A DNA stretch of 33,362 bases from Actinomycetes bacterium. Its GTDB lineage: Bacteria > Actinomycetota > Geothermincolia > Geothermincolales > JAHEXQ01. The stretch is taken from positions 1 to 33,362 of the forward strand of contig JAHEXQ010000004.1 in the NCBI GenBank assembly GCA_023252035.1. The letters are read 5' to 3'. The notes under the pieces were generated by a model. The model saw only the letters and a program-made list of their open reading frames with translations, made no database searches and was not told the origin of the DNA. Every line of letters starts with the position of its first letter. The stretch's first letter is position 1. Below are positions 1 through 9,371 of the stretch, in pieces. Made by a program: the position numbers and the translations under genes.

Positions 1-155
1 GCTTCTGGTCCTCGGTCTCGTCCGCCTTCCGCAGCTTCGGCCGGGCGGGGAAGTACCTGGGATTGGGCGTACTCTACACCCTGCCCTACCTGCTCGTGGC
101 CGGTGTGCCCGGGCTCGCGTTCTGGGGGCTGAGAAGGAAGAAGCGCGCGGCTTAA
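1..155 (+). CDS. 3' end of a membrane-anchored protein (DUF4349-like C-terminus), truncated by window edge
   Basis: Frame 3 reads FWSSVSSAFRSFGRAGKYLGLGVLYTLPYLLVAGVPGLAFWGLRRKKRAA to TAA at 153-155: amphipathic segment, TM helix, basic tail. Confidence 0.55.
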   Translation, partial: FWSSVSSAFRSFGRAGKYLGLGVLYTLPYLLVAGVPGLAFWGLRRKKRAA

Positions 156-161
156 AGACAG

Positions 162-198
162 GAATCCCCGCAAAAGGTTAGACCCTATGCGGGAATTT
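162..198. repeat. Imperfect hairpin between convergent genes (terminator or degenerate REP-like copy)
   Basis: aatccccgca...tgcgggaatt arms with a central aggttagaccct resembling the ggggtcagacccc core at 2032-2044. Confidence 0.45.
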
Positions 199-202
199 CA
201 CT

Positions 203-409
203 TTAACCTCTTATAAGACCCTGCTTTTTCTCCAGGACGATCTGGTGCTCCAAAAAGGAGATCTGGGAGATCTCGGCATCGAGGGTCATCTCTTCCCCTA
301 TGATGTTCCCAAGGACTAGCCGCCCGTTCTCCTCCCGGATATCCACCACATCCTCCATGAGCATCTTCTTCTCGCCCCTCTCAACTAGAAAGGCATGAGA
401 TTCGCACAT
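203..409 (-). CDS. CooT-family small nickel-binding protein
   Basis: MCESHAFL N-terminus with Cys2, LMEDV, IIGE, FLEH; 68 aa; GGAG RBS upstream of ATG at 409. Confidence 0.75.
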   Translation of the reverse strand: MCESHAFLVERGEKKMLMEDVVDIREENGRLVLGNIIGEEMTLDAEISQISFLEHQIVLEKKQGLIRG

Positions 410-410
410 C

Positions 411-806
411 TTAACTCCGCCTCGCTTCCTTCTTAGCTCGGCCATTTCCGCCGTTGCTCTCGAAATGCAGACTGCGCAACAGGTGATTCCAGCAACACGC
501 AGTGCAGACCTCCACCACGTAGCAGATGAACGAAGAATACTCGCTGTTCAGCCGATCCCGGATGGCCTGGCTGGGATACACCCTGCCGCTCAGCGGCCCC
601 AACTCGTCCCCAAAGACGAAGTGCAGGTGCCGGACCTCCAGCTTGCCGCAGATAGGACAAGCCACAGCGGTGGCCTCGCCGGAAAGCCGCGCGATGCGCG
701 TTACCTCTGGATGCGCGTCGCAGGCCTCCCAGCGCGAGATGCGCCCCGCGCGCAAGTCCCTCAGGGTGGATTTTCTCTTGAGCGTGTAATCTACCGTGCT
801 AATCAT
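411..806 (-). CDS. DUF5318-family protein (actinobacterial, Cys-rich)
   Basis: VDYTL.R...L, ACDAHP, CPIC, YVVEVC..C.WNHL motifs; start taken at ATG 806 (ORF extends to 824). Confidence 0.75.
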   Translation of the reverse strand: MISTVDYTLKRKSTLRDLRAGRISRWEACDAHPEVTRIARLSGEATAVACPICGKLEVRHLHFVFGDELGPLSGRVYPSQAIRDRLNSEYSSFICYVVEVCTACCWNHLLRSLHFESNGGNGRAKKEARRS

Positions 807-855
807 CTTCACAGAATTATACATCAGGGCCGCTTGACAGGGGCAAGGGCCGTTG

Positions 856-1380
856 TTAGCCGGCCATGCCCAGTTTTCGCGCCGCCTTCCCCACCTTGGG
901 GGCTACCACGGCACGGCAGTATCCCGAACCCGGGTTCTTCTCGAAGTACTTCTGATGATAGTCCTCGGCTCTATAGAACCGCTGCAGCGGTTTTAACTCC
1001 GTCACGATGGGCTTTGTAAAATCGCCCCGTTTGCGCTCCATATACTCTGCAACTCTCTTGCCCTGCTCCTCCGTCGTGTAAAGGATTATGGAGCGGTATT
1101 GCGTTCCGATATCCGCACCCTGCCTGTTCGGGGTTGTGGGGTCGTGCACCTGGAAGAAGAGTTCCAGGATCGCTTCCAGGCTGGCGGTCTGCGGATCGTA
1201 CTCGACCTGCACGGTTTCCGCATGGCCGGTGAGCCCTCCCGAGACCTCCTTATAGGTGGGGTTCGGCGTGACCCCGCCCGCATAGCCGGGCGTCGCGCTG
1301 ATGACTCCCTCCATTAGGTCGAACACCGCTTCGATGCACCAGAAGCATCCGCCCCCCAGCACGATACTCTCGGTGCTCAT
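856..1380 (-). CDS. msrA: Peptide-methionine (S)-S-oxide reductase MsrA
   Basis: GGCFWC, GYAGG, TGHAE, HDPT, QG.D.GTQYRS, AEDYHQKY. Confidence 0.97.
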   Translation of the reverse strand: MSTESIVLGGGCFWCIEAVFDLMEGVISATPGYAGGVTPNPTYKEVSGGLTGHAETVQVEYDPQTASLEAILELFFQVHDPTTPNRQGADIGTQYRSIILYTTEEQGKRVAEYMERKRGDFTKPIVTELKPLQRFYRAEDYHQKYFEKNPGSGYCRAVVAPKVGKAARKLGMAG

Positions 1381-1766
1381 CTTGATCCCTCCGGCGTTGC
1401 TCCCTCGGGGGTGAAATCGAGCGAGATGGAGTTGACGCAGTGTCTCACATTTTTCGTAGTGAACCCCTCTCCCTTGAAGACGTGCCCCAGGTGCGCTCCG
1501 CAGCGCGCGCAGACGATCTCCGTCCGCATGCCGTCGGCATCGGGCCGCTCCTCCACGGCTCCCTCAACGGCATCGTCGAAGCTGGGCCAGCCCGTACCGG
1601 AATCGAATTTACCCTCCGACCTGAACAGGGGAGCCCCGCATCTCTTGCAGACATACATTCCCTGCTCGTGGCTATAAACGTATGCGCCCCTGAAAGGAGC
1701 TTCCGTTCCCTTATAGACTATGACGCGCTCTTCTTCCGGCGTCAGTTCCTTCATCTTCATGTCCAT
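1377..1766 (-). CDS. msrB: Peptide-methionine (R)-S-oxide reductase MsrB
   Basis: GTE.PF, CxxC twice, GWPSF, HLGHVF, RHCVNS; overlaps msrA start by 4 nt. Confidence 0.97.
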   Translation of the reverse strand: MDMKMKELTPEEERVIVYKGTEAPFRGAYVYSHEQGMYVCKRCGAPLFRSEGKFDSGTGWPSFDDAVEGAVEERPDADGMRTEIVCARCGAHLGHVFKGEGFTTKNVRHCVNSISLDFTPEGATPEGSR

Positions 1767-1830
1767 ACGCCTCCCGTATATAGTAGGTGACCTCTCTGCT
1801 TTAACCTTAGCCCTAGTCCGCCTGGGGTGT

Positions 1831-1846
1831 TCTGATACAGGTCACA
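1831..1846. promoter_or_regulatory. Putative CRP/FNR-family operator upstream of msrB
   Basis: TCTGA-TACAGG-TCACA, one mismatch to TGTGA-N6-TCACA. Confidence 0.35.
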
Positions 1847-2016
1847 AACCATCTGGATGGCGGTTCTGGGGGAAACCGCGACCGGCCGTTCGTGAAGAAC
1901 GGCAAAGGGTATATTTGGGGGCAAGACCGGTAGGCGGCTTCAGATGCTTCAATTCTCTCCTATGGCCCGCAAAAGCCCACTCGCAAAGACATTTTCTGTG
2001 ACCCCAAATCGCGACG

Positions 2017-2058
2017 GATCAACTACAATCCGGGGTCAGACCCCGGATTGTAGTTATC
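2017..2058. repeat. REP-like palindrome, family A
   Basis: aactacaatccgggg-tcaga-ccccggattgtagtt (15-bp perfect arms); 2017-2035 identical to 9819-9837. Confidence 0.85.
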
Positions 2059-2619
2059 TGCGGGCTCAGGCTGGCCGGTTGCCCAGGTCTTGATCACGCG
2101 CGCGGGCGTTCCCGCGGCCAGGCAGTGCTCGGGGATATCGCTGAGAACGAGGCTGTGCGCCCCGATGACGGAGTTGAACCCGATTTTCACGTTGCCGAGA
2201 ACAGTGGCGCCCGTATAGAGGATGACGTTGTCACCTACGACTGGATAACCCGGTTCTCCATGATGGGCGCCGGAGGCGCCGCGTCCTCCCAGAGTAACGT
2301 TATTGAGGATCCAGACGTTATCGCCCAGCTTGACGCCCCGTCCTATTACCAGCGCGGCTGTATGCCAGATGTGGCATCCCGAGCCGATATCGGCCCCGGG
2401 GTCGATTTCGGCGCCCGTCAGCAAGAAGTTCAGACGGGCCGATAACTCTGCGATAAGGACATAGCCCTTCAGATAGAGCCAGTGATAGAAACGGTAGAAC
2501 GCCAGGGCCTGGACCCCCGGTTTGGTCAGGATTATGCGCAGTGCATCCCTCGCTCCCGGTTTCCCTTTCAAAGTGCCCCTATCACTGAAGAGCGTCCGAA
2601 TGTCGCCCCCAAATCCCAA
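2023..2619 (-). CDS. Left-handed beta-helix O-acetyltransferase, serine acetyltransferase-like
   Basis: PGVQAL..YR, EIDPGA.IG, VTLGG, P.VGDNV, IGAHS.V..DIP, G.PAR hexapeptide repeats; TTG start with AGGAGG RBS. Confidence 0.85.
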   Translation of the reverse strand: MGFGGDIRTLFSDRGTLKGKPGARDALRIILTKPGVQALAFYRFYHWLYLKGYVLIAELSARLNFLLTGAEIDPGADIGSGCHIWHTAALVIGRGVKLGDNVWILNNVTLGGRGASGAHHGEPGYPVVGDNVILYTGATVLGNVKIGFNSVIGAHSLVLSDIPEHCLAAGTPARVIKTWATGQPEPADNYNPGSDPGL

Positions 2620-2672
2620 GACCGCCCTCCTCTACAAAACCCGCAATACAGTCTATCAAATCTCCGCCGCGG

Positions 2673-3935
2673 TCAGGGCTTGGCCAGCTCCAGGGAGTCG
2701 ATGATGCCGCCCGCCAGGTCGCGCGCCTCCAAGCGGAGGTTCTTGCCGTATACGGTCACCTCGACCCAGTTATAGAGAGCTCCCCGCGCCTCCGTCCACC
2801 AGTTGGAGAAGAGGGGACTCAGGGGGGCGCCCCCGCCCCCCGTCACCACGTAGCAGCGGGCATCGCTCCAGTCGGGCATCAAAGCCGCAGGGGACGCCGA
2901 GAAGTTGACCGGGCCGGACCTCTCGTAGTTGTGTTCGTGGCCCGAGAGGACCAGGTCCACATGGTACCGGTCGAAGACAGGACACCACGCTTCGCGCACC
3001 TTCTGGTTGGAGCCGTGTCCGAGGCCCGAACTGAAGGGCGGCTGGTGGAAGAAAACCACCTTCCAGTTGATGTCCGGATTCGCGTCCGCCGCTTGCAGGT
3101 CCTCCTTGAGCCACTGCCCCTGTTCGCTGCCGAGAGCGGTCTCAGTGTCCAGGCAGATCACGTGGACGTTGCCCCAGTCGAAGGAGTACCAGCGCTCGTT
3201 GCCGGGCAGGTTGAACTGCTCGAAGTAGAGAGCCGCGTTACCCTCGTGATTGCCCAGGGTGGGCATGAGGGGCGCCGCGGAATCAAGAAGACCCGCTGCT
3301 TCGAACCAGGCCATCCACTGCGTGGGTGATGCCCCGCTGTCCACGGCGTCGCCGGTATAGAGGGTGAATGCGGGCTGGGCGTCGTGAGCATCGGCAGCTA
3401 TACGGCCGAAGGTGGTCGCCCCGTTGCGGGAATCGCCCATGGCCGCGAATCTGATCTCTCGCGAGGCCCCGGCCGATGGGGCGGTGCGGAAGGTCGCGCC
3501 CGCGCTCCAATCGGCAGCACCGTCGCCGCAGCGGTAGTAATAAAGGGTATCCGGGGCGAGACCGGTCAGCTCGGCCGTATGGAAAACCTCATGCCCGCGG
3601 GTATCCCGTGAGCCCTCCGCCCGGGCGCCGTAATCCGGCACGGTCCCGTATTCAACCACGGAGCCGGGAGCCTCGGGGTCGCTGACCCAGTTGACCGCCA
3701 TGCCGCTAGAGGGGTCGCCGGGAAAAGTCAGGTGCACCTCGCGGATGCGCAGGCTGCCCCGGTCTGGCGACGGGGCGGGTGGCGATTGGCCCTGCCACGG
3801 CTCCGCCGCAGGCGGCGCGCTGGCGCAGCCCAAGGGCATAACGGCGCCTAGCAGGACTATCGATATGGCCAGAACGGCGGAGAGATATCGGGGGCCTCTC
3901 GCGCCCCGGCGGCTCCCTGGAAAATCGGCTTTCAT
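2673..3935 (-). CDS. Secreted lipoprotein metallophosphoesterase (purple-acid-phosphatase-like Fn3 domain plus calcineurin-like domain)
   Basis: Lipobox PLGC; L.PDT.YYY Fn3 motif; GD, GDAVD, GNHE, H, GHEH.YER metal-binding motifs. Confidence 0.9.
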   Translation of the reverse strand: MKADFPGSRRGARGPRYLSAVLAISIVLLGAVMPLGCASAPPAAEPWQGQSPPAPSPDRGSLRIREVHLTFPGDPSSGMAVNWVSDPEAPGSVVEYGTVPDYGARAEGSRDTRGHEVFHTAELTGLAPDTLYYYRCGDGAADWSAGATFRTAPSAGASREIRFAAMGDSRNGATTFGRIAADAHDAQPAFTLYTGDAVDSGASPTQWMAWFEAAGLLDSAAPLMPTLGNHEGNAALYFEQFNLPGNERWYSFDWGNVHVICLDTETALGSEQGQWLKEDLQAADANPDINWKVVFFHQPPFSSGLGHGSNQKVREAWCPVFDRYHVDLVLSGHEHNYERSGPVNFSASPAALMPDWSDARCYVVTGGGGAPLSPLFSNWWTEARGALYNWVEVTVYGKNLRLEARDLAGGIIDSLELAKP

Positions 3936-3937
3936 GA

Positions 3938-5557
3938 CTACTTAATGTATACCAGTTTGTAGGGCGTGTCGTCCTGGGCGGTTCTTATGTAGCCATGTAC
4001 GCTGTCCGCGATGACCCGGGCGGTCTGGTAGAAGAGCAGGGGCATCATAGGGGCGTCTTCCAGTATCTTCTGCTCCGCATCGCGGTAGAGCTGCAGGCGC
4101 TTCTCCTTGTTCTTCTCCGAAAGCGCCGATTCCAACAGCTTATCCACGTCGGGGTTGCTGTAATTGGTAAGGTTGTTGCCCCCTGCGTTCCCGGAAAAGA
4201 AGAGCGTGAACAGGAGCGCGTCCCCGCTAGGGTAGTCCGGTCGCCAGGCGAACCGGAAGAAGCTGAGCTGTCCGGATTGCACCATGGCCGTATAGGTGAC
4301 GGGGTCGAAGCCCTCGGTGACCAGGTTTATGCCTATGGCCTGGAACTCCTGGCGCAGCGCATCGGCTATGCGCTGATTATCCGCGGTGTTCGTATAGCCG
4401 AGCTTCATCTCGGGAAGACCCTGGCCTTCCGGGAATCCCGCCTGACGCAGCAGGTCCACGGCCTTGTCCGGATCGTATTCGTAGGCTGTGGCCCCGGGCT
4501 GAAAGCCCGGCATCCCCTGGGGCAGAATCCCGGTGGCGGCGGTGCGGCTCTCGTCCGCCACCACACCGGCCAGAGCATCCCGGTCTATGGTGTAGTTAAG
4601 GGCCTGTCGCAGCTGCGGGTGGCTCCTCCAGGGCTCGGTGTTCATGCTGAATCCGAGGAAGACGATCCCCATGACGGGATTGAAGATGGCCCGGCTGCCA
4701 AAGGAACTGCGAGCGTCGAGGAATTGGTCTGCCGGAACCTGCGCGTCTTGCAGCAGCCCGTCCTGGAAATCCTGATAGGCGGAGTTCCCGTCAGGATAAA
4801 TCTTGAATATGAGTTGGTCTATGTGGGGCTTGTCCGCTCCGTAGTAGTCCGGGTTCTTATCCAGGACAATCTGAGTCTGGTGCTCCCACGCGTTCAGTTT
4901 GAAAGGCCCGGTTCCCGTCGCTCGGTCGGAGAAGCCGGCGTTTCCGGCCTCGTCGATAACGCTCTGCGGGACCGGGGCAAAGCACGGATGGGCCACCACC
5001 GCAGGGAAGTCAGCAAAGGGGCCTGACAGCGTGACCTGCAGGGTGTAATCGTCCGGGGCCTGCAGGCCCGATAGCTCCTGCGCCGTGCCCGCCTCTACCT
5101 CCGCGATACCCTCGATCATCGAGAAGCGGAAAGAAGCCGCAGCCTTCGTTTCCGGCAGCACGGCGCGATTCCAGGAGTAGACGAAGTCGCGCGCCAGGCA
5201 GGCATCGCCGTTGTGGAAGGTCACCCCGGGCCGCAGGTGAAAGGTGAAGGTCTTCAGGTCGCTGCTCGAGTCCCAGCTTCCGGCGATCGCCGGCTTGACC
5301 TCCATGCTCTGGGGATCATAGGTGGTAAGGCAGTCGTAGAGTTGCTTGGCCACTTGAAAATCCTGGTCATCCTGCAGGTGCGCGGGGTCCAAGGAAGTCG
5401 GGCTTCCGACGAGACCCGATGTGAAGGTGCCGCCCTCCGTCGGAGTCGGTGACCCGCTCCCGCACCCCACCATCAGCCCCGAGGCCGCGAAGGCCAGTAA
5501 CAATCCGCATAGGATAGCGGTCCCCGGGACTCCTACCTTGCGCCGGATAGCGTTCAT
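3938..5557 (-). CDS. ABC transporter substrate-binding lipoprotein, family 5 (OppA/DppA-like)
   Basis: Lipobox MVGC; SLDP, FTFHLRPGVTFHNG, GTGPF, RQALNY.IDR, W.PDY; AAGGAG RBS before ATG 5557. Confidence 0.93.
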   Translation of the reverse strand: MNAIRRKVGVPGTAILCGLLLAFAASGLMVGCGSGSPTPTEGGTFTSGLVGSPTSLDPAHLQDDQDFQVAKQLYDCLTTYDPQSMEVKPAIAGSWDSSSDLKTFTFHLRPGVTFHNGDACLARDFVYSWNRAVLPETKAAASFRFSMIEGIAEVEAGTAQELSGLQAPDDYTLQVTLSGPFADFPAVVAHPCFAPVPQSVIDEAGNAGFSDRATGTGPFKLNAWEHQTQIVLDKNPDYYGADKPHIDQLIFKIYPDGNSAYQDFQDGLLQDAQVPADQFLDARSSFGSRAIFNPVMGIVFLGFSMNTEPWRSHPQLRQALNYTIDRDALAGVVADESRTAATGILPQGMPGFQPGATAYEYDPDKAVDLLRQAGFPEGQGLPEMKLGYTNTADNQRIADALRQEFQAIGINLVTEGFDPVTYTAMVQSGQLSFFRFAWRPDYPSGDALLFTLFFSGNAGGNNLTNYSNPDVDKLLESALSEKNKEKRLQLYRDAEQKILEDAPMMPLLFYQTARVIADSVHGYIRTAQDDTPYKLVYIK

Positions 5558-5664
5558 CGCGTTCTCCTTTCCCGCCTGCGACGTTTTCGCTTCGAAACCA
5601 CGATACAATATTTCCCTCGTTTTGGGAAAATCACCCGGGGCCGCCTGTGTATAATATGAGCACT

Positions 5665-6321
5665 ATGATCGAGCATGTCGCCTTAATCATGGACGGAGAC
5701 CGCCGGTGGGCGGCGCAGCACGGCCTGACCGAGGCGGAGGGCTGGGAAGCCGGCCTGCGGGCGGCCCAGGCCGCGGTGCAGGCTGCCGCCGCCGCGCACG
5801 TGAACAGCCTGACGCTCTTTGCGCCGGAGGAGGATGGAGCGGGCCGCAACCTCCTTTCCAGCCTGGCGAGGTGGGAAGAGGAGGGCCTGCGTGTCCGCTA
5901 CGTCGGTCGCTGCAGTCTGCCGGCGGACATCCTCGCAGCGCTGGAGCAAGTCGAGGAGGCCACGGCAGCCAGCCAGGGAATGTCCCTCAACCTGGCCTTG
6001 GACTACGAGGGGCGCATCGAGATCGCCGATGCCGCCGCGCGGGTGGCGGAGGAGATCGAGCAAGGGCGCCTGGCCCCCGGGGATGCCGGTGAGCAGCAGT
6101 TGGTGCGCCATCTCTACCGGTCTGACATTCCGGATATCGACTTGCTCGTCCGGACTGGCGGCGAAGCCCACCTCGCCGGCTTCATGCTCTGGCAGATGGC
6201 CTACGCTGAGATAGTCTTTCTGGATACGCTCTGGCCCGATTTCACGCCGGATCATCTGGCGGAGGCCATGGCCGAGTTCGGCCGCCGAATCCGGAAGTTC
6301 GGCGCAGTGGACACTATCTGA
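5665..6321 (+). CDS. cis-prenyltransferase (UppS-like), catalytically degenerate
   Basis: HVALIMDG.RRWA, Y.GR.EI, DLLVRTGGE, FMLWQ.AYAE, LWPDF, RKFG; several catalytic residues changed; TATAAT at 5650-5655. Confidence 0.85.
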   Translation: MIEHVALIMDGDRRWAAQHGLTEAEGWEAGLRAAQAAVQAAAAAHVNSLTLFAPEEDGAGRNLLSSLARWEEEGLRVRYVGRCSLPADILAALEQVEEATAASQGMSLNLALDYEGRIEIADAAARVAEEIEQGRLAPGDAGEQQLVRHLYRSDIPDIDLLVRTGGEAHLAGFMLWQMAYAEIVFLDTLWPDFTPDHLAEAMAEFGRRIRKFGAVDTI

Positions 6322-6726
6322 CCGCTACGCGGCGTCACACCCAGGACTTCCGCCGGCGACCCGTTGCCCCGCTCTAGCAGAAACCCTCGATATTGTTCTT
6401 TATATAGACGCCCGCCGCGTTGAGCTCGCGGAAGGCGGCGGGCCGTCCGCGGGCCGCTTCAACTCATCCGCATATGTGGGCCGCTCCATCCGGAAAAACA
6501 GCCCGCAGGGGATACGGTCCACCCACTCGCAGGACTTATCCATGGCGGCATGCCAGTCCGAGGTATCGTGCGCGGCCGCCGCGATTCCCAAAGCAGCCCC
6601 GGTATGCCAACTGGCAATCAATGGAACGAAGGGATGCTTGGTTAGGAGTAAAACGATTAATTGGGTATAATTCCGCTTGGACGAGAGATATCTACCGACA
6701 TCTCGAGAACAGAGAGGTGATTGCTT

Positions 6727-7725
<999 letters not shown>

Positions 7726-7742
7726 CCGGCATCTGAGAAACG

Positions 7743-7775
7743 GCCTCCCGGCCGCCGCGGCCGGGAGGCTTTCTT
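7743..7775 (+). terminator. Rho-independent terminator of gap
   Basis: gcctcccggccg/cggccgggaggc 12-bp stem followed by tttctt. Confidence 0.8.
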
Positions 7776-7840
7776 CCGTCTTGGAAGAGCGAACATGTTC
7801 CGGGTCTACTCTTTTGGCCGCTTGGATTGCCGGAGAGGGA

Positions 7841-8176
7841 TTACTCCAGGAACTCCTTGAGCACTACGGCCTGGTTGTGTTCTTTGCCCTTGGCGGAGTA
7901 AACCAGGATGATGTCGCCGCGGCTAGTCGCTTCCAGCCGGTTCTGCGCGGCCGGGTTTCCCCTCAGCTCCCGCCGGTAGCGTCTGCGAAACTCAGGGTAG
8001 CGCTGCGGCACATGGCCGAACAACTTGCGCAGTTCGTCCAAGGAACCCGCCTCTTTCAGCCAGGCGGCGATATTTGGCGTCTTTTTTCTAACGCCCCGGG
8101 GCCACAGGCGGTCCACCAGGTAGCGCTCCCCATCCGAGGGCTCGGGCGCATCGTAAGCACGCTTTATCCGTATCAT
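7841..8176 (-). CDS. DUF488-family (YeaO-like) protein
   Basis: IRIKRAY, DG.R.LVDRLWPRGV.K, ELRK.FGH, EF.RRYR.EL, LVYSAK..EHNQAVVL. Confidence 0.88.
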   Translation of the reverse strand: MIRIKRAYDAPEPSDGERYLVDRLWPRGVRKKTPNIAAWLKEAGSLDELRKLFGHVPQRYPEFRRRYRRELRGNPAAQNRLEATSRGDIILVYSAKGKEHNQAVVLKEFLE

Positions 8177-8289
8177 CGCCTAGGTCCTTTCCGCCCGTCC
8201 GGCGAATACTATGAAGCCAGCATATTTGACGCCCCCGATGTGCTTTTCTATGCGGCAAGGGGGGTCCGGAGCTTCAGGAAGGAGGCGGA

Positions 8290-9255
8290 ATGGCGAAACA
8301 CATTCGCATGATCACCTGGTCCGCGGGCGCGGGCAAAGTGCTGGAAGGCAACCTTGATGAACTGTTGCCGGAGAGGGGAGAGCTCCACTGGATCGACATC
8401 CAGCATGCCACCGAGGCCGACCTGGACAAGCTCTCAGAGGCCTATGGAGGCGCCAAGACAAACTGGGCGGAAGTCGGCCGGAAGGCCCTTGTCCCCAAAG
8501 CCCAGACCTACGCCGGTTTCGTCTTCACCGTCTGGTTCGTCTTGGAGAAGTTCGAAGCCGGCAAGAACATCGAGCCCTCGCAGGTCTTCCTGTTCATGGG
8601 GAAGGATCAACTGGTGACGGTGCACCGCAACACTATCGGCCTCCTCGACCAGGTTTGGGATGCGTATGCGGCCGACATGAAGATGATGGCCGAAGGCCCC
8701 TTCCGGCCCTTCTTCCGCGTAATAAGCGACGCCACCAATGCCGGGCTGCCGGTGCTGGAGGACCTGGATACCGAGATCGACAGCATCGAGGACGGTTTCC
8801 TCAACCTGCCGAGCGACGACCAGTTACCCAGGCTGTCCCTGGCCAAGCACAACCTGCTGGATATCAAGCGCATATTTTTCTTCGAGAGCGCCAGCATCTA
8901 CATGCTGGGGAGCGACGGAGGCGTCTTCGGTCCGGAGGATCGCCGCAGCCTGGAGGAACTGCACCAGACGCTCCTCTACCTGGTGGACATGGCGGACACC
9001 TACCGGGATGTCATCACCGGGGCGATAGACCTGCACCTCAGCGCCATCTCCAACCGGCTGAACGAGGTGATGAAGCGCCTGACGGTGATAGCCACCGTCT
9101 TCATGCCCCTCACGTTCGTAGCCGGGGTCTACGGGATGAACTTCGCGCACATGCCCGAGCTCACCTGGCGCTGGGGATATCTCCTGGTCTGGTTACTGAT
9201 GCTGGCTATAGGCATTTACATGGTCGTCTATATCCGGCGCAAGAAGTGGTTTTAG
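8290..9255 (+). CDS. corA: CorA-family Mg2+/Co2+ transporter
   Basis: N.VMKRLT, P.TF.AG.YGMNF, MPEL.W..GY, two C-terminal TM helices, KKWF end. Confidence 0.93.
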   Translation: MAKHIRMITWSAGAGKVLEGNLDELLPERGELHWIDIQHATEADLDKLSEAYGGAKTNWAEVGRKALVPKAQTYAGFVFTVWFVLEKFEAGKNIEPSQVFLFMGKDQLVTVHRNTIGLLDQVWDAYAADMKMMAEGPFRPFFRVISDATNAGLPVLEDLDTEIDSIEDGFLNLPSDDQLPRLSLAKHNLLDIKRIFFFESASIYMLGSDGGVFGPEDRRSLEELHQTLLYLVDMADTYRDVITGAIDLHLSAISNRLNEVMKRLTVIATVFMPLTFVAGVYGMNFAHMPELTWRWGYLLVWLLMLAIGIYMVVYIRRKKWF

Positions 9256-9371
9256 CCACGCAACGGCTAAAAATCTTCCTCGCCCGGCCCGGCCCGCTCA
9301 GCGCGGCAGCAGTCCGGCTATCTCCTCGGCGGCCCGGTCTGTAACCCTGTCTTTGCGCCAGAGATAGTTGA

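Noticed and set aside
856-1766. Possible selenocysteine in MsrA or MsrB
   Set aside because: Both catalytic positions are Cys (GCFW, RHCVNS); no in-frame TGA
1840-1905. c-di-GMP-I riboswitch resemblance (caaaccatc...gatgg)
   Set aside because: Lacks the GNRA loop and GACGCAAA-type conserved segments, and lies opposite to the flanking genes' direction
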